From Phycisphaerae bacterium (GTDB lineage Bacteria > Planctomycetota > Phycisphaerae > UBA1845), in assembly GCA_024102815.1 (NCBI GenBank), contig JAGFJJ010000068.1:7915-71914 (forward strand): DNA of 64,000 bases, written 5' to 3'. The notes under the pieces were generated by a model. The model was given only the letters and a program-made list of their open reading frames with translations. It was not told where the DNA came from and searched no databases. This document shows, one piece after another, positions 1-9,276 of the stretch. The position numbers and the translations under genes were made by a program. How positions within the stretch are numbered: position 1 is the first letter of the stretch; the number at the start of each line of letters is the position of its first letter.

Positions 1-783
1 CGCCATGCCGCGCAGCTCGCCGTCGGGCATCTGTTGAGGAAGCCGCTGCGGTGGCAACGGTCCTATGGCCGACTTCAGGCTGAACTCAAGTCGCATGAGC
101 AGTTCAACGTTGCGATGCCAGTTGTGGTTCGGTGCCACCGGCTGGAATATGATCTGATACAACCCGACGGCGGGCGACTGAATGTTTGCCAAAGAAGTCA
201 TGATCGACCCGTAGGGCGAGGTGTTCAGTTCGTCCGGCCTCGTGAATAGATGCGAACATGGGGGCGGCGGCAGATAGTCTTCAAAAACGACGTCGTTCCG
301 CGCAGACCGGAAGAGCGCTCCAAGCGTGTTGTCGCCGTGCAAGGTGAGCTTGCATCGGTCGAACTGACCATAAAAGGCCGCCTGAAGCACGGGAAGATCC
401 TCCCGCTGGCATAGCAGCAGGATCTCGATCAGGGCCCCGTTTCCCACGATCTCGAAGCCGACACGGTGGCGCACGCGGCCAAGTTGCTTCAGGAACAGCT
501 CCGACCGCCGCCACTTGCATGACTGTTCCGGGGACACCCATACCTTCAGTCTCATCTGATCGTCCGGCCGTGTCTTTGGCGCAGCAATCCATGCCACATC
601 TGCGGGGGCACACTCAGATGGTCCCGCGGCACCCAGCGGGACGTACACCGGCTCGAGCGCCACCGGATGTGGAGCGATCTCGGGCTGGCAGCCTTTGACA
701 ACCTCTGCGGCGTAGGTATCTCGCAGCTTCGCCGCCAACATGCTTGGCCTCGGCTGCGCCACCAGCGCCTGTTCGATCGACAT
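1..783 (-). CDS. hypothetical protein, N-terminal part only (ORF runs off the left edge; absent from supplied ORF track)
   Basis: Hand translation of the minus strand from ATG 783..781 (MSIEQALVAQPRPSMLAAKLRDTYAAEVVKGCQPEIAPHPVALEPVYVPLG...FEIVGNGALIEILLLCQREDLPVLQAAFYGQFDRCKLTLHGDNTLGALF...LLMRLEFSLKSAIGPLPPQRLPQQMPDGELRGMA). It is stop-free to position 1 (~260 codons), has ordinary composition and G/C-rich third positions. In-frame TGA at 840..838; AAAGGA ~10 nt upstream of the ATG. Listed ORFs 281..613, 552..926 and 614..919 lie in the other two frames and are Arg/Pro/Trp-rich. Confidence 0.45.
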   Translation of the reverse strand, partial: MSIEQALVAQPRPSMLAAKLRDTYAAEVVKGCQPEIAPHPVALEPVYVPLGAAGPSECAPADVAWIAAPKTRPDDQMRLKVWVSPEQSCKWRRSELFLKQLGRVRHRVGFEIVGNGALIEILLLCQREDLPVLQAAFYGQFDRCKLTLHGDNTLGALFRSARNDVVFEDYLPPPPCSHLFTRPDELNTSPYGSIMTSLANIQSPAVGLYQIIFQPVAPNHNWHRNVELLMRLEFSLKSAIGPLPPQRLPQQMPDGELRGMA

Positions 784-922
784 AACGCGGGCATCCTTTC
801 TTCCATCCGGGTAGGCGGCGGACTTGGCCCCGCCGTTTCAGGGATTGATCCGGAATCGTAGGAAGGGATTCGGATGGTGCGGGTTCCGCCCGAAGTCCAG
901 TCGCCTGCCGTGGCCGCACGCG

Positions 923-1510
923 TCAACTCCGGCCGATTCGCGAGAGACGCTGCATGAGGGCCGGATGCTCGCCTAGCACCCTTGGGAAGTCAGCGCGTAG
1001 GCGGCCGGCAGAGCCTTCGGTCAATTCAGAAGGCAGCAGATGCCCGAAGCGTTCGAGGTACTCGTCCGGGGCGGCGAGCTTCTCTTTGGTTGACAGGCCA
1101 TTCCAGTAGTGCGCTATTCTCGCGGCCACCTCGTTCTCTGCGTATTGACCGGCGAGCCTCCGCGCGAGGTCCTTGAGCACGCGGTAGACGCCTCCCTCGG
1201 TACCGGTTCGGGCCATTTCAAAAGCGGCCTTCTCTCCATTGGGTCCGTATTCCTTCAAAAGTAGCGGCAAACATCGCCCCCAGTTGAATCCGAAACTTGC
1301 CGCCACCGGCTCGGGAAGACGCCACACGCGAGCCTCGACATGACCGAGGAAGTCCGTAACGCATCGGCGGAACTCTCCGACATCCGTGATTCGGCCCGCC
1401 GGGTACGAAAACGAGTTCATCGCCGCATCGACGCGCCGGTCTACTTCGTCCAGCGTCCGATCAGCAGCGATACGCTCCAAGAGCACAGCTAGTTTGCTGT
1501 CGGCCATCAT
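923..1510 (-). CDS. hypothetical protein; stand-alone copy of an unrecognised ~170-aa domain ('domain X') shared with 1519..2100 and the C-terminus of 2119..3795
   Basis: Alignable blocks: VGEFRRCVTDF / EGGVYRVLKDLARRL / YLERFGHLLPSEL. These match NFEEFCEVIGDY / NGGLRVVLDTIALAF / FIRQCGANLSSSI and HEEFLDTTCAFY / HGGMRFVLDLMTEQH / LLERIGSALPEDI in the two upstream genes. Only 8 bp separate it from the upstream stop. Confidence 0.6.
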   Translation of the reverse strand: MMADSKLAVLLERIAADRTLDEVDRRVDAAMNSFSYPAGRITDVGEFRRCVTDFLGHVEARVWRLPEPVAASFGFNWGRCLPLLLKEYGPNGEKAAFEMARTGTEGGVYRVLKDLARRLAGQYAENEVAARIAHYWNGLSTKEKLAAPDEYLERFGHLLPSELTEGSAGRLRADFPRVLGEHPALMQRLSRIGRS

Positions 1511-1518
1511 CGTTTTGA

Positions 1519-2100
1519 CTACAAGCGCCGGAAGATCGAAGAGGTCCTCTGAAGGGATTCGACGTACGAACGAATCAATTCGGAGAAGTCGTGCGCGTAC
1601 CGTTCAGGCTGATCGGCGTGAATAGACGAGGAGAGATTCGCTCCGCATTGACGGATGAACTGTCTGATGATCTCGACTTTGTCTTCCCAGATATTGGGCG
1701 CAACCTGCCGATCGAATACCCCGCGGACATATCGCTCGATGGAGTCGTCGATGAAAGCAAGGGCAATCGTGTCGAGAACGACTCGAAGACCGCCGTTGGT
1801 TCCATCCGCCGCGTCATTGTAAGCGTCCATAATAGTGGCCCGGCGGCGGCGCAGCTGACTTTCGAGAGCTTCCTTGGCACGGCCGGTGGCCTCAGACTCT
1901 GATAACCGTGCACCATCAGTGACGCAGTAGGAAAAGTGATGGTTGTAGTAGTCCCCGATGACTTCGCAGAACTCCTCGAAGTTGCGTACTGTGTTTCCGT
2001 TAAGCGCGAAACGCATGCGCGCCTCATCGTGGCGACCGCGCACGCGCCTCGCGATTTCACGCTCATCGAGCGCGGCCAGCGTAGCGTTAATCGATACCAT
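1519..2100 (-). CDS. hypothetical protein; second stand-alone copy of domain X
   Basis: 193-aa ORF with ordinary composition. ATG at 2100 is preceded by AAAGGAA at 8 nt spacing. Shares the motif blocks listed for 923..1510. The overlapping ORF 1575..2216 in another frame is Ser/Arg-rich and rejected. Confidence 0.6.
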   Translation of the reverse strand: MVSINATLAALDEREIARRVRGRHDEARMRFALNGNTVRNFEEFCEVIGDYYNHHFSYCVTDGARLSESEATGRAKEALESQLRRRRATIMDAYNDAADGTNGGLRVVLDTIALAFIDDSIERYVRGVFDRQVAPNIWEDKVEIIRQFIRQCGANLSSSIHADQPERYAHDFSELIRSYVESLQRTSSIFRRL

Positions 2101-2118
2101 CGTGGCGTTCCTTTCTGT

Positions 2119-3795
2119 CTAAAGTGTGCGAAGTAGTTCTCCGACGCGGTCCACGGACCGCACGTAAGCAAGGACAATCGGTTCGAGTTTTCGAACGAAT
2201 CGATGCGGCGGCGCACTTCGTATGTCCTCAGGCAAGGCCGAACCGATACGCTCGAGCAACGCCCTCATGAAGGCGACTCTTGCGTCCCAGTCCAGAGGGT
2301 CCAAAGCCTCTTTCAGAAGCCGCCGGACGTGAAGCGACTGTTGACTGGCCTTGTGCTGTTCGGTCATCAGGTCAAGGACGAACCGCATGCCGCCGTGGAT
2401 CCCGTACCTCGCCTCGGTCTCCGCCGCCTCCGGCCCTCCTCTGTCGGCGAATGCGTTAGCGACAAGTGCGAGTGCCCCTCCAGCCAGATCGTCGGCTCGT
2501 TCACTTGGAGGAGTGACAACATCGGCCTGCACCAGGGCGGAGTAAAAGGCGCAGGTCGTATCCAAGAACTCTTCATGCGAGGCGACGATGACATGCGGAA
2601 GAACATGTCTTGCCCTCACCGCATCAATAGGATTCCCGATCTTCTGAGCCAGCGCATCAGCGCTGATCTCTGCCAACACGACGTCGACTGCCGTCGCCGC
2701 GTCGCCCTTTCGTCGTCTCGATGAAGATGCCGTCGGTGTGTGGCGGTCGATGAGCCCCTTTCCTGCGGAGGCCTCGAAGAGGCGCCGAACGTCGCAGTCA
2801 TCTTCCTTGGTGGCGAAACGGCTCAATGCCACGCAGGTTCTGGCGGAGAGTAACGGGAACGTCACCCTGATGCGCCGTGTGGCCTGCGGCAGGGATCCGA
2901 TCAGGTGGCTCAGCTTAAGCCCGAAGTCTGTTGGGTAATGTTTGCGCTGGAGGTGGTGCCTCACCCACGTATTCAGAAGCAGCTTTGCGGGGCGGCTCTT
3001 CCCGGATCGCAGGTGCGATTCCAGTGCTCGCCAGAGTCGAAGCTCGTTGCCTTGGCCCAACAGCTGCGCTGCGCGACCCGGGATGCCCCGATCCTCCACC
3101 GACTCCAGCGGAGCGCTGAAGAACCCGCTGCGTAAGGCGCCCAGCGCGCGGGCCTCATCGGATGTTGTTTCGTTCAACAGATCGGCAACATCGTGTACCC
3201 CGATCGGGCGCATTCGAATGCACACCTCCGCAATGGAATCAGCGATGTGTTGCCTTGCGACAGGACTGAGCGACTCGAGCGACGTATCGGCGTCCGACCC
3301 AGGGTAGATAAACCGCGACACATCCGGCAGCTCCGCAGCCGCCGCCAGTTTGGCGGGTATGCTTTCGACGGAACGAATGTCCCCGTCCGGCGAGGCAATG
3401 TGCCCGGTCGTGACTACGTCCTGGCGCAGAGGCATCTTCAACCCGGCGGAGACCAGAGCGAGAAAGACCGGCGCATCCGATGAGAATCCGGACACGCTCA
3501 CGCCCAGATCCGCCGTCGAAGCCGCGCCGATGTTAACGACGGAAACCTCGAATGACCGCCTCGGCAGACACAGTAGCTGCATGATTCGATCGACAACCGG
3601 CAGGACCGTGTCGACCAGATGCTCGATCACCCGCGGTCTGAAGGCTACCGAGCCCGCAACCGTCAACCGCCTGCCCGCGGATCTCGGACGCGACTTGGCG
3701 ACCACAGCCGTCACCACGGCCCTTGCGTCCGGTCCCTTGCCGAACACGAGTGCGGCTCGCGCTCTGCCGGTTGTTTCCGGTGCGGTCTTGGTCAC
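2119..3795 (-). CDS. Lon-like (S16-type) protease domain protein with C-terminal domain X
   Basis: GVSVSGFSSDAPVFLALVSAGLKMPLRQDVVTTGHIASPDGDIRSVESIPAKLAAAAE resembles the Lon proteolytic core (GPSAG...ALVSAL...MTGEI...G.V.PIGG.KEKL.AA); candidate Ser and Lys are both present. I see no AAA+ module. The C-terminal ~190 aa is domain X. The ORF track starts at TTG 3819. I prefer GTG 3795, which forms a GTGA overlap with the stop of 3792..4496. Confidence 0.55.
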   Translation of the reverse strand: MTKTAPETTGRARAALVFGKGPDARAVVTAVVAKSRPRSAGRRLTVAGSVAFRPRVIEHLVDTVLPVVDRIMQLLCLPRRSFEVSVVNIGAASTADLGVSVSGFSSDAPVFLALVSAGLKMPLRQDVVTTGHIASPDGDIRSVESIPAKLAAAAELPDVSRFIYPGSDADTSLESLSPVARQHIADSIAEVCIRMRPIGVHDVADLLNETTSDEARALGALRSGFFSAPLESVEDRGIPGRAAQLLGQGNELRLWRALESHLRSGKSRPAKLLLNTWVRHHLQRKHYPTDFGLKLSHLIGSLPQATRRIRVTFPLLSARTCVALSRFATKEDDCDVRRLFEASAGKGLIDRHTPTASSSRRRKGDAATAVDVVLAEISADALAQKIGNPIDAVRARHVLPHVIVASHEEFLDTTCAFYSALVQADVVTPPSERADDLAGGALALVANAFADRGGPEAAETEARYGIHGGMRFVLDLMTEQHKASQQSLHVRRLLKEALDPLDWDARVAFMRALLERIGSALPEDIRSAPPHRFVRKLEPIVLAYVRSVDRVGELLRTL

Positions 3796-4496
3796 GTTCG
3801 AGTCTCCTGCCCCTTCCAAGTAATCGCAATTGAACCGGATTCGAGGCCTGGATGTACGTGAAGAATCAGGCGATTTCCGATGAGACTCGCTTGGAAGGCC
3901 GGCTCGGTGTCCGGCTCCCCGCTATCGGCCGCCATCGGGAGCGGATCTTCTGGAAACCCCACGGACCAGATGAGGTCTTCGGCCGTCAGCGTACGCTCCC
4001 ACAGGACGCGGCCGGACTCCAGGCGCAGCCGGTAGTGCCCCGGCGTGACGTCGTGAATACTGTATGCGTCGCTGTCCTGCCCCAGGGCGAAACCGGCCAT
4101 CACCACTCCATTCCGCTCCACGATGATCTCACGAATCGAGGGGCGGTCCGCTGCGGAGCGGATGCCGCCACAGAACGTCTGGTAAATCTCGTCATCTCCG
4201 GAGGGGCCTGAATCGCCCGGTGTCTGGGTGACCCCCGGCTCCCCCTCCGAACCGGTCAGGCGTCTCACGCAGGACGCCACAACATCATCCAAGACCGACG
4301 ATTCTCCGGTGAATCCCGTTCTTGAGTACTCCCGAGCGACTTCGTCCATGAAGCGACGGAACTGCCTGAAGCCTGCCGTTTGTCTGGAAGGGCCGATTCT
4401 CGTGATCCGATCAAACGCCTCTCGAAGCGCGGACTTCGGATCGGGCTGCTCGAACGCATTGACAACAATCGGGATGAAAAAGAGGCGATCGTTCAC
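3792..4496 (-). CDS. hypothetical protein
   Basis: ORF with ordinary composition. The track starts it at GTG 4505. GTG 4496 lies 8 nt after a GGAGG and forms a GTGA overlap with the stop (4495..4493) of the upstream gene. No family recognised. Confidence 0.5.
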   Translation of the reverse strand: MNDRLFFIPIVVNAFEQPDPKSALREAFDRITRIGPSRQTAGFRQFRRFMDEVAREYSRTGFTGESSVLDDVVASCVRRLTGSEGEPGVTQTPGDSGPSGDDEIYQTFCGGIRSAADRPSIREIIVERNGVVMAGFALGQDSDAYSIHDVTPGHYRLRLESGRVLWERTLTAEDLIWSVGFPEDPLPMAADSGEPDTEPAFQASLIGNRLILHVHPGLESGSIAITWKGQETRT

Positions 4497-5644
4497 GGCG
4501 AGCACCTCCGGTTATCAGCGCGCACGATCACCTCGATCTTGGGCCACACGCCGGCTTCTCTGGCCATCTCGACGAATTCAGAATGATGGGCCAGGACTCT
4601 CGCGGTATTGGCCCACAGGTCCGGGACCACGGACTTCGAATTGGTTTGCCAACGGCTGCCTGCGAAACGGCTAAACGTAGCCTTGCTGATGTCGAATGCA
4701 CTGGCCACGGCGCTGTCCCGGTAGCACCCCCGGCTCAGGTCTTCGAAGACACGCAGAATCAGTCTACGCAAGTTGTGACAGCCGATGGCACGGATTGCAT
4801 CGCGCTGGCGCGCGAGGTTGTTGGCCTTTTCGTCGGCCACCGTTTCGGCCAAGCCACGGATGCTGACCTCTCTTTCCAGCAACCAACGGAGCGGCGCGTC
4901 CTCGGCGCGGTCTGTGGGGAGTCTGTTGACCTTGCTACCGAGGGGTAGGGTCGAGGCCCAGCCGAACCGTAGATTGACGATGCTCTGAACGCGTTTGGTC
5001 TCACCTGGTCGTGCGGGATCCGGATCGTCGATGTTGGCCTCCAACCACGCCCGGCGCTGATTGCCCGGCAACCGTGAAGGGAGCCAGACATAGACCACGC
5101 CGCCGCCGACTGACCAGGCGTAGCGAGTTCTTGTCCGATCGAGACTCCGCTTTGCGTCGAGACAAGAGAGGTAGAAGTGACGCACCACAAGGCGCTGAAG
5201 GTACCTGGCAATGGCTGTCTCCTCCTGCAAATCATCCGCGGAAGGATGAGATCGTCTCCAAGCCTCGCCGTGGCGCAGCACCGTCCCGAAGTACAAGCGG
5301 CAGTCCGAACCACTCTGTTTCACCGGCGCGCCTTGCCGGGGCGCGCCTGGCAAGTTGGTGAACTTGTCGATGGTGATGTCATAACCCCGATCGGCTACGC
5401 TTGGATCATCCCCGGACAGCCTCCGGGTGGCATATTCCCGGCGAAGGGAATCCAGGAGTTTGACCAAAAGCGAGGGAGGCCCACCGCGAAATCGAAACAC
5501 AGGCCGGTATCCATGGAATTCCTCCAATGCCCGCCGATCGCCGGAATGGCAGATCAAAGCGATCAGGCAAAGGAGCGAAGATGCACGAAGGGGGCGGTGA
5601 TCGTCCGCGCGGGAATGCCGTAGGTGAGCCGCGAGCGACGTCAT
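4493..5644 (-). CDS. hypothetical protein with C-terminal sigma-70 region-4-like HTH
   Basis: ATG 5644..5642 overlaps the kinase stop TGA 5643..5641 (ATGA). The C-terminal LRRLILRVFEDLSRGCYRDSAVASAFDISKATFSRFAG looks like a region-4/LuxR-type HTH. The rest is unrecognised. Confidence 0.5.
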   Translation of the reverse strand: MTSLAAHLRHSRADDHRPLRASSLLCLIALICHSGDRRALEEFHGYRPVFRFRGGPPSLLVKLLDSLRREYATRRLSGDDPSVADRGYDITIDKFTNLPGAPRQGAPVKQSGSDCRLYFGTVLRHGEAWRRSHPSADDLQEETAIARYLQRLVVRHFYLSCLDAKRSLDRTRTRYAWSVGGGVVYVWLPSRLPGNQRRAWLEANIDDPDPARPGETKRVQSIVNLRFGWASTLPLGSKVNRLPTDRAEDAPLRWLLEREVSIRGLAETVADEKANNLARQRDAIRAIGCHNLRRLILRVFEDLSRGCYRDSAVASAFDISKATFSRFAGSRWQTNSKSVVPDLWANTARVLAHHSEFVEMAREAGVWPKIEVIVRADNRRCSP

Positions 5645-7275
5645 GACCGCTCTCCAACTGACCTGGACCGCAGCGCGGCCGTCCATTGGGCGACGCGTCG
5701 GTCCACCCGCCGAGCGAGAGCGAGAGCACGGTCCCGGTCACCCGCGGCGACAGCCTGGTCGATCCGCACACGTTCCCGTCGAATGAACTCCACGACCTTC
5801 GCCGCCTGTCGCCGGGCCGGCATAACAGCCGTGCCTCCGGGGGAGAGCCGCTCCGCCTCTTCGAAACAGGACAGCGCCTTTTCCCAATTGCCGTCTTCCG
5901 CGTTTACCAGTCCCTGCTGCATCGCATCTCGATACAGTCGGGCCCGGAATGTCACCTGGACCTGGATCAGCCGTGCGGAGGGATGCTCAGGATACAGTCT
6001 GGCGGCTTCCGCGAGCATTCCCAGAAGCTCCTCAAGTCCCGACTCGTTCATTCCGTCCTTAATAGTGCGGTACAAACACTCGGCCTGATGAAAACGATCT
6101 TCGATCGCTTCCTGCATGTGTTTGGCGTCCGTGTTGTTTGGGCATTCCTCAAGAATGTGATGACACAGCCTCAGCGCATCGTCGAAGCGACCGTGCTCCA
6201 CCATGCGGCATGCCTGGTCCCACGATTCGTCTTGCGGATCGGGGTTGGCGACCGGTCGATCGGCCTGCGGGCGGCATGTGGGAGATTCAAGGTCGTCGAG
6301 GATGTCCGCTACACGCACGTAGCGCTGAGCGCTGTGTTTCGCCAGACAGCGGTTGATGACGTGCGCGACGTTTCTCGCTACGTCCGGCAGCGGTGGCGCT
6401 GCGACCTGAGTATGCAGATAACGGAGCCGTTCGAAGTTCCCTCCGAATGGAGGCCTGCCCTTCGGGTTGAGGATTTCGTATAGTACGACACCGAGACTGT
6501 AAACGTCGGAGCGGGCGTCGAGATCATCCGGATGCGGCGCGTTGAAGTGCTCCGGACTCATGTAGGCGGGCGTACCGGGGCAAGGATTGTCGTCCGCGCT
6601 GAACGACCCGTTTTCCGGATTGGGCGCCAGGCTCTCGAGGTACCGGGACAGACTGAAGTCCGCCACTTTCACGACGCCACGAACAAGAAGGAAGTTCTCC
6701 GGCTTCAGGTCGAGGTGCACAACGCCGGCGCCGTGGATGGCGGCGACGCCGCGGCAAATCTCCTTGAACATCTCAATGCCGCGGGTCTGGCGAGCCTCGA
6801 TATCAGACCGTCGGTTGAGCAACCACTGCCGCAGATCACCGCCGTCCGCATGCTCCATGGAAAGGACCATCAACATCGTGCCATGCCACGGCACCACGTG
6901 AAGATCGTACACTTTGAGAACGTGCCTGTGATCTTGAACGCGATCGTAAAGATCCTGTTCTTGCTGAAGCTCCCGTGCGGTGTGTTCCGAACCGGAGGGA
7001 CCTACGTCCACGACCTTGATCGCCACATCATGCGCACGCGTGGTATCACGGGCTGCGTAGACCTCGCCGATGCTCCCGCTGCCGATGTGCCTGTGGATGC
7101 AAAACCGCCCGAGCTGCGTGTTGCGCGATAGTGAAGGGGCACGATGGGCGTGTCCGTGCGCCATAGAGAGAAACGGGCCATCTCCCCGAACAGACTGCGA
7201 CCCGTTACACGATCCGGGACCCCAATCGAATGGTCTGCCGATTCTCGGAGTCAGACTCAATATGTTCTGCGACAT
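5641..7275 (-). CDS. Hanks-type Ser/Thr protein kinase with C-terminal TPR-like helical region
   Basis: Gly-loop IGSGSIGEVY; VAIK; catalytic HLDLKPENFLL; VADFSLSR (DFS in place of DFG); GTPAYMSPE. The C-terminal half is helical and repeat-like. Confidence 0.9.
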   Translation of the reverse strand: MSQNILSLTPRIGRPFDWGPGSCNGSQSVRGDGPFLSMAHGHAHRAPSLSRNTQLGRFCIHRHIGSGSIGEVYAARDTTRAHDVAIKVVDVGPSGSEHTARELQQEQDLYDRVQDHRHVLKVYDLHVVPWHGTMLMVLSMEHADGGDLRQWLLNRRSDIEARQTRGIEMFKEICRGVAAIHGAGVVHLDLKPENFLLVRGVVKVADFSLSRYLESLAPNPENGSFSADDNPCPGTPAYMSPEHFNAPHPDDLDARSDVYSLGVVLYEILNPKGRPPFGGNFERLRYLHTQVAAPPLPDVARNVAHVINRCLAKHSAQRYVRVADILDDLESPTCRPQADRPVANPDPQDESWDQACRMVEHGRFDDALRLCHHILEECPNNTDAKHMQEAIEDRFHQAECLYRTIKDGMNESGLEELLGMLAEAARLYPEHPSARLIQVQVTFRARLYRDAMQQGLVNAEDGNWEKALSCFEEAERLSPGGTAVMPARRQAAKVVEFIRRERVRIDQAVAAGDRDRALALARRVDRRVAQWTAALRSRSVGERS

Positions 7276-7287
7276 CGCGGACCCTCC

Positions 7288-9276
7288 TCAGATGGGTCGA
7301 AGCGCGAGCGCTTCGGTGCGCAGACGCTGCAAGGTGTGGTTGATGACTCGGTTCAAGCCACGCAGCCATGAATTGCTCGTTTCGTGCCGATAAAGTCCGT
7401 CGAACGCCTCAAGCAGCGTCCGGTTATGTTCCGCAGGCGTATGGCCGGGATCACCTGTTCCGGCATCGAAGAGGACCGAGCGGACAAGTACATTTTGCAG
7501 CCCATCGTGAAAGGCCTCGATGGTCGAACAGAGCCTCGGCAGGCGAGAACGCGAATCACCTCCAAACACAACCGTTTCGGTCTCGCGTACTCTCCCATCT
7601 GTTATCCACCAGAGGGCCTGAACCCTGGCCGGCGACAGGCCCATCCGTCCGTCCTCGGCGCGGATCTCTTCAAACTTGGCGGCGATCTTCTCGGCGGTCA
7701 GGGCGGCCTCGGGGCACGGCACAGGCTTGGATCGCTCCAGCAGCCACAGACCTTGGAACTTCATGTCGAGTACCGCTGCCGCCTGAATCCCGAAAGCGAG
7801 TCTCTCCTCCGTGGGCGCCGAGGTTGCGATGACGCACCTATTCTCCTTGAGCAGCTTCGCGATCCTCGCCAGGCGCTCGAACGTCTCCGAATCGTCAGGG
7901 GCGCGCTGGAGGTTCCGGAGGCAAGCGCTGTGGGCCTCAGCATACAGGCCGATCTGTTCGAGGATCTCCGCGTAGCGAAGTATGGACCGGGTGGAGCGCG
8001 GATCACCAGCCGGCAGCAACTGTATGAGGCGATGGCGCGCCTTGAGTTCACCCAAAGAGTCGTTTTTCGCAGCAGCCTCGTGAGCGCGCAGGCCCGAGAT
8101 GACCGCCTCGAAGCCACGTTTTTCAAGCTTGTGGTAGCTTTCCTCCAGTCCTTCGAAGCGTCTCGAATGGATGCCCTGCTGAATCCGATAGCACAATGCC
8201 CGCGCTTCGCTGACCTCTCGCTCTCGGCGCGCTAAATGACGCACCAGAGCAGGCGGGCCGACGACAGTGCGGTAGTGGTTTCCCGGGAGACGACAGTCCG
8301 GCTGAAGTCGCTCCGTGCCAGTCGCCCAGATGGCCGCCGTGCCGTCTTCGTGGATAAGCAGTAGCTTCAACGGCCCGGTATCAGGCACAACCGCCGCGGA
8401 CACAACGCCGCACGGGCCCTTCGCCTCTGCGACCCGAGTAACGGTGCCGTGACCAGCGCTGTTCGAAGACCACGTCCAGGTTCTTAGCAGGCCGTCTTCT
8501 CGTCCGATCGTGCAGAGCCGGCCGTCCTCGGTGATCGCAACGCTGAAGTTGCCGCCATGAGCCGGGCACACGCTGATCCGCAAGTCGCCAAGGTCCACGA
8601 GGACCAGCTCTCCGTCCGCGGAGGCGTACACGGCGGAGTTGCAGACGGGCCAGTGCTGCAATTGAACCAGGCCAAGCGTGACGGGCGGAACCGGGGCGTC
8701 GACGTTGTCTGCCAACTCCCCGGAGGGGAGGCGCAGCAGCAGCACCTTGCCTGAGGACGAAAGTCCCAGCAGTCTGTGGTCAGGGAGAGCCAGAAGGGAG
8801 CAGACCTTACCCTCGCGACGTTCCAAGCAGCGCGGGCGGTCAAACGACGAGTGTCCCGGGGGCCAGAGCAGGCATCGACCGGCCATATCACTGCTGGCCA
8901 GCAATCCACCGTCCAGTAGACAGACCGACAGCACCGGCGCACCCTGAACGAGCGACAACCGCTCAAGCCGGTCCGCGCGGGCCTGCTGCGCAGTTTCTCG
9001 GAGGATATCGATCGTGCCGTGACGCGATCCTGCCGCGACAACACCGCCCCGTTCGTCCACGTCGATTGCGTAGATGCTATGGCCCGCAGGCAGGCTAAGC
9101 AGCCTCGTGGAGTCTTTCCCGGCGTGGCACAACATCATCAGCCCGGGACTGGAACCTCCGGTCCCAAGGAGCAAACTGGATGTCACACTTTGGCCGTTCT
9201 TGTTCACCATCAGGGACTGCATCCAATTCCACGCAACATAACGACGGTGTGGCAATTCACATTCGCAGACGGTCAA
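7288..9276 (-). CDS. WD40/beta-propeller-like repeat protein with helical (TPR-like) C-terminal half
   Basis: Repeated blade-like strings: GSRHGTIDIL, SSDMAGRCLLW, SSSGKVLLL, ASADGELVLVD, GREDGLLRTWTW, IHEDGTAAIWA. Start uncertain (9276 or ATG 9222). Stops 12 bp before the kinase start. Confidence 0.7.
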   Translation of the reverse strand: MTVCECELPHRRYVAWNWMQSLMVNKNGQSVTSSLLLGTGGSSPGLMMLCHAGKDSTRLLSLPAGHSIYAIDVDERGGVVAAGSRHGTIDILRETAQQARADRLERLSLVQGAPVLSVCLLDGGLLASSDMAGRCLLWPPGHSSFDRPRCLERREGKVCSLLALPDHRLLGLSSSGKVLLLRLPSGELADNVDAPVPPVTLGLVQLQHWPVCNSAVYASADGELVLVDLGDLRISVCPAHGGNFSVAITEDGRLCTIGREDGLLRTWTWSSNSAGHGTVTRVAEAKGPCGVVSAAVVPDTGPLKLLLIHEDGTAAIWATGTERLQPDCRLPGNHYRTVVGPPALVRHLARREREVSEARALCYRIQQGIHSRRFEGLEESYHKLEKRGFEAVISGLRAHEAAAKNDSLGELKARHRLIQLLPAGDPRSTRSILRYAEILEQIGLYAEAHSACLRNLQRAPDDSETFERLARIAKLLKENRCVIATSAPTEERLAFGIQAAAVLDMKFQGLWLLERSKPVPCPEAALTAEKIAAKFEEIRAEDGRMGLSPARVQALWWITDGRVRETETVVFGGDSRSRLPRLCSTIEAFHDGLQNVLVRSVLFDAGTGDPGHTPAEHNRTLLEAFDGLYRHETSNSWLRGLNRVINHTLQRLRTEALALRPI

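Noticed and set aside
281-926. Three listed minus-strand ORFs (281..613, 552..926, 614..919).
   Set aside because: They overlap each other, are Arg/Pro/Trp/Gly-rich and have no SD. The third minus frame gives a normal-looking protein that is open to the window edge (feature 1..783).
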